A DNA stretch of 63,840 nucleotides, filler included, from an uncultured virus (IMG/VR IMGVR_UViG_2049941000_000232) (Duplodnaviria > Heunggongvirae > Uroviricota > Caudoviricetes). It is 34 parts of one record of this genome, joined end to end, with 100 filler letters (N's around TTAATTAATTAA, not from the genome) between each part and the next. Parts side by side here need not be neighbours in the genome. Positions count along the whole stretch, not along the records: positions 59,778 to 62,167 come from IMGVR_UViG_2049941000_000232; positions 62,268 to 63,461 come from IMGVR_UViG_2049941000_000232; positions 63,562 to 63,840 come from IMGVR_UViG_2049941000_000232; 31 more parts are not named here. One strand, given 5' to 3'. The notes under the pieces are model-generated. The model did not search any database, was not told where the DNA came from, and worked only from the letters and a program-made list of their open reading frames with translations. Shown piece after piece: positions 61,898 through 63,840 of the stretch; the first letter of the stretch is position 1; every line of letters begins with the position of its first letter. The translations under genes and the position numbers were made by a program.

Positions 61898-62056
61898 ATA
61901 AAACAATGACAAAACCATACGCATGCCCTTTTTCAGCCCCTACGTTTTAGACTGCATTAGTGATATTACCTATCGATTTCCTAACATACGTTTTAGGAAT
62001 GAATTAGTGATATCCTCCAACACAGGCTAAACTAGCTCTTCGTGGGATTGTTTTAT
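61898..62056 (-). ncRNA. Candidate closed-stem ncRNA with an internal duplicated motif
   Basis: 10-bp terminal stem ATAAAACAAT/ATTGTTTTAT; TACGTTTTAG-N5/6-ATTAGTGATAT occurs twice. Confidence 0.5.
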
Positions 62057-62057
62057 G

Positions 62058-62132
62058 CGGTGCATACGGGACTCGAACCCGTGAATCTCCTTCGTGACAG
62101 GAAGGCATCCTAACCAACTGAACGAATGCACC
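62058..62132 (-). tRNA. tRNA-Asp(GTC)
   Basis: Cloverleaf, loop CT-GTC-AC. Confidence 0.93.
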
Positions 62133-62594
62133 AGTTAGTGATGATGTGATAGAAATCATCACATGAANNNNNNNNNNNNNNNNNNNNNNNNNNNNNNNNN
62201 NNNNNNNNNNNTTAATTAATTAANNNNNNNNNNNNNNNNNNNNNNNNNNNNNNNNNNNNNNNNNNNNTGGACACCCATCAAAAGTCACACCCCCAATAAC
62301 ATTCGCAGCATGACATCTGGCAGGGCCCATGTCATTTTCTTCTATAAGATGCAAGAAATGTTCATTGTCCAAAAGACCAAACTTCTGGACATGTGCCCAC
62401 CCTTGCTTATATAAAGAACATGCATTGGCGATGTAATCTTTGAACTGTTGTGTCACTTTCAACTTTATCATATTAGTACAATTTAAGTGATGAACTCTAA
62501 ATATATAATCACATGATGTCCAAAAGGGATATCTATGTTGTATGGATTTCTATTTCAAGTGTAAATAATAATATACAGAAATTAGAATAACAAT

Positions 62595-63104
62595 ATGGCA
62601 ATGCGTAGACACCATTACAGAAACTACACAGCATCAATAAAGAAATTCGAACCTGTTATTGGTGCTTACTATAGTGCTAGTCTTTTCTTGCCTACAGGCG
62701 AGAATCTTGAGCTTCTTCAGGAGCATATTGATAAGATAACAGGTCTCGAAGGCGTCAATCCTGGCGTCAACAAGATCACACAGAAGGCTGGTCTGCATGA
62801 TCGTACATATGCTGGTGTTCCTGATCAGACGACGCTTGATCTTACTATAGAGCTTACGCTGAACTTGAACAACGCTCATGAAAACTATATCTACAATACA
62901 ATCCGTCACTGGTTCGATATGTCATATAATCGTGATACTGGTGAGTATGGACTGAAGGTGGATTATGCAGCTGAGGCTCATGTGGAGCAGTGTGACCGTG
63001 ATGGAACGCCTTGGAGAGTTATAGATTTGATCGATATAGTCCCATTGAAGATATCAGGTCTTCCTGATGCAGATTTCTCTAGTACAGAGCCTGCTAAATT
63101 AGTC
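62595..63104 (+). CDS. Tail tube protein (gp19-like), partial
   Basis: FEPV..RTYAG..W....YN..TG..GLK.DY....V.Q.DR.G pattern; GTAAATA upstream. Confidence 0.75.
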
Positions 63105-63149
63105 NNNNNNNNNNGAAAAGATGGGTATCTGATGAAATTAAATATGTTA

Positions 63150-63196
63150 TATAAAATAAAAGAGCAAGGGTTGATTCTCTTGCTCTTTTATTTTAT
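63150..63196. terminator. Bidirectional terminator
   Basis: ATAAAATAAAAGAGCAAG...CTTGCTCTTTTATTTTAT inverted repeat. Confidence 0.7.
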
Positions 63197-63461
63197 CTGA
63201 ATTTGAAATTCGAAAAATTCGGAAGGTTTGACATGCTTGGAAAATTTGACATGTTTGCCAATTTGGACAAGCCTGGAGGAGTATATTGACGCTGCATCGA
63301 AGACATTTTAGAATGCATCTCTGCTTCGTGATCTTTGCTCCGTTCGTCTTCAGCTTTGGCTCTTTCTTTCATCAGATCAGTGTACTGATCTATAACCATC
63401 ATGAATTCAGGATATGGCCATAACAATATATCACTGAAGCTCTGATGAAGATCTTTCATGC
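63193..63461 (-). CDS. gp51-like baseplate assembly protein, partial
   Basis: HQSFSDI..WPY.EF...I........KE pattern. Confidence 0.55.
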
Positions 63462-63561
63462 NNNNNNNNNNNNNNNNNNNNNNNNNNNNNNNNNNNNNNN
63501 NNNNNTTAATTAATTAANNNNNNNNNNNNNNNNNNNNNNNNNNNNNNNNNNNNNNNNNNNN

Positions 63562-63704
63562 GCTACAGCGTTTACAGGATATACATCCCATGGCCTTACG
63601 GACACTACATTGAGAAGGCACCCTCTATAGACTTTGACGCCATAAGGGAGCCTTGTGCAAAGCTCTTTCATTATAATGTCCTTGTCTTCTGCGGTCATTT
63701 CCAT
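63562..63704 (-). CDS. Hypothetical phage protein N-terminus, paralogue of 38831
   Basis: KELCTRLPYGVKV motif. Confidence 0.55.
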
Positions 63705-63840
63705 GTCTATATAGTATTAAATTAAACATCTGCTATATCTTTGCTGTGAAATTAACAAAAATATAGCAGATATCAACATCAAATATAGAAAAATTTATCA
63801 AAATCGAATCTTTCTGATTCTTTGTCGATAATATATTGCA

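Noticed and set aside
59009..62132. Theta (minimal HDV-like) ribozymes at tRNA 3' ends
   Set aside because: Sequences after Trp, His, Tyr, Pro and Asp do not show the nested double-pseudoknot pattern by eye
364..63517. Regularly repeated TTAATTAATTAA as a CRISPR-like or biological repeat
   Set aside because: Always embedded in N runs; it is a six-frame-stop contig linker

Overview
This window is a pseudomolecule of short contigs. Scaffolds are joined by N-TTAATTAATTAA-N linkers, contigs within them by N gaps, and gene pieces are often out of order, so adjacency is trusted only inside unbroken contigs. All family assignments come from motif recognition by eye; no database search was run. The content fits a large T4-like (jumbo) myovirus, probably of a Bacteroidota host (Bacteroidota-type promoter, lipoprotein signal peptide). 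Virion genes: portal, prohead protease/scaffold, gp4, tail tube, gp51-like and fibre fragments. Replication, repair and transcription genes: PolB, gp41 helicase, UvsW, gp46/47, topoisomerase II, DNA and RNA ligases, gp55-like sigma. Nucleotide genes: ThyX, dCMP deaminase, FolE, QueC and a TGT-like/kinase fusion. Also present are two MoxR ATPases with a VWA partner, NADAR, at least 5 diverged IS200/IS605 tnpB copies plus tnpA, and a tRNA cluster. The most striking observations are: (1) the head operon is bracketed by a DUF1704/MATCAP-like HExxxH carboxypeptidase and a RimK-like ATP-grasp ligase, a candidate peptide-tag writer/eraser pair; (2) several structured non-coding RNAs lie among the tRNAs, one GOLLD/ROOL-like; (3) two recurrent phage promoter motifs, GTGATTATAT and RTAAATA.
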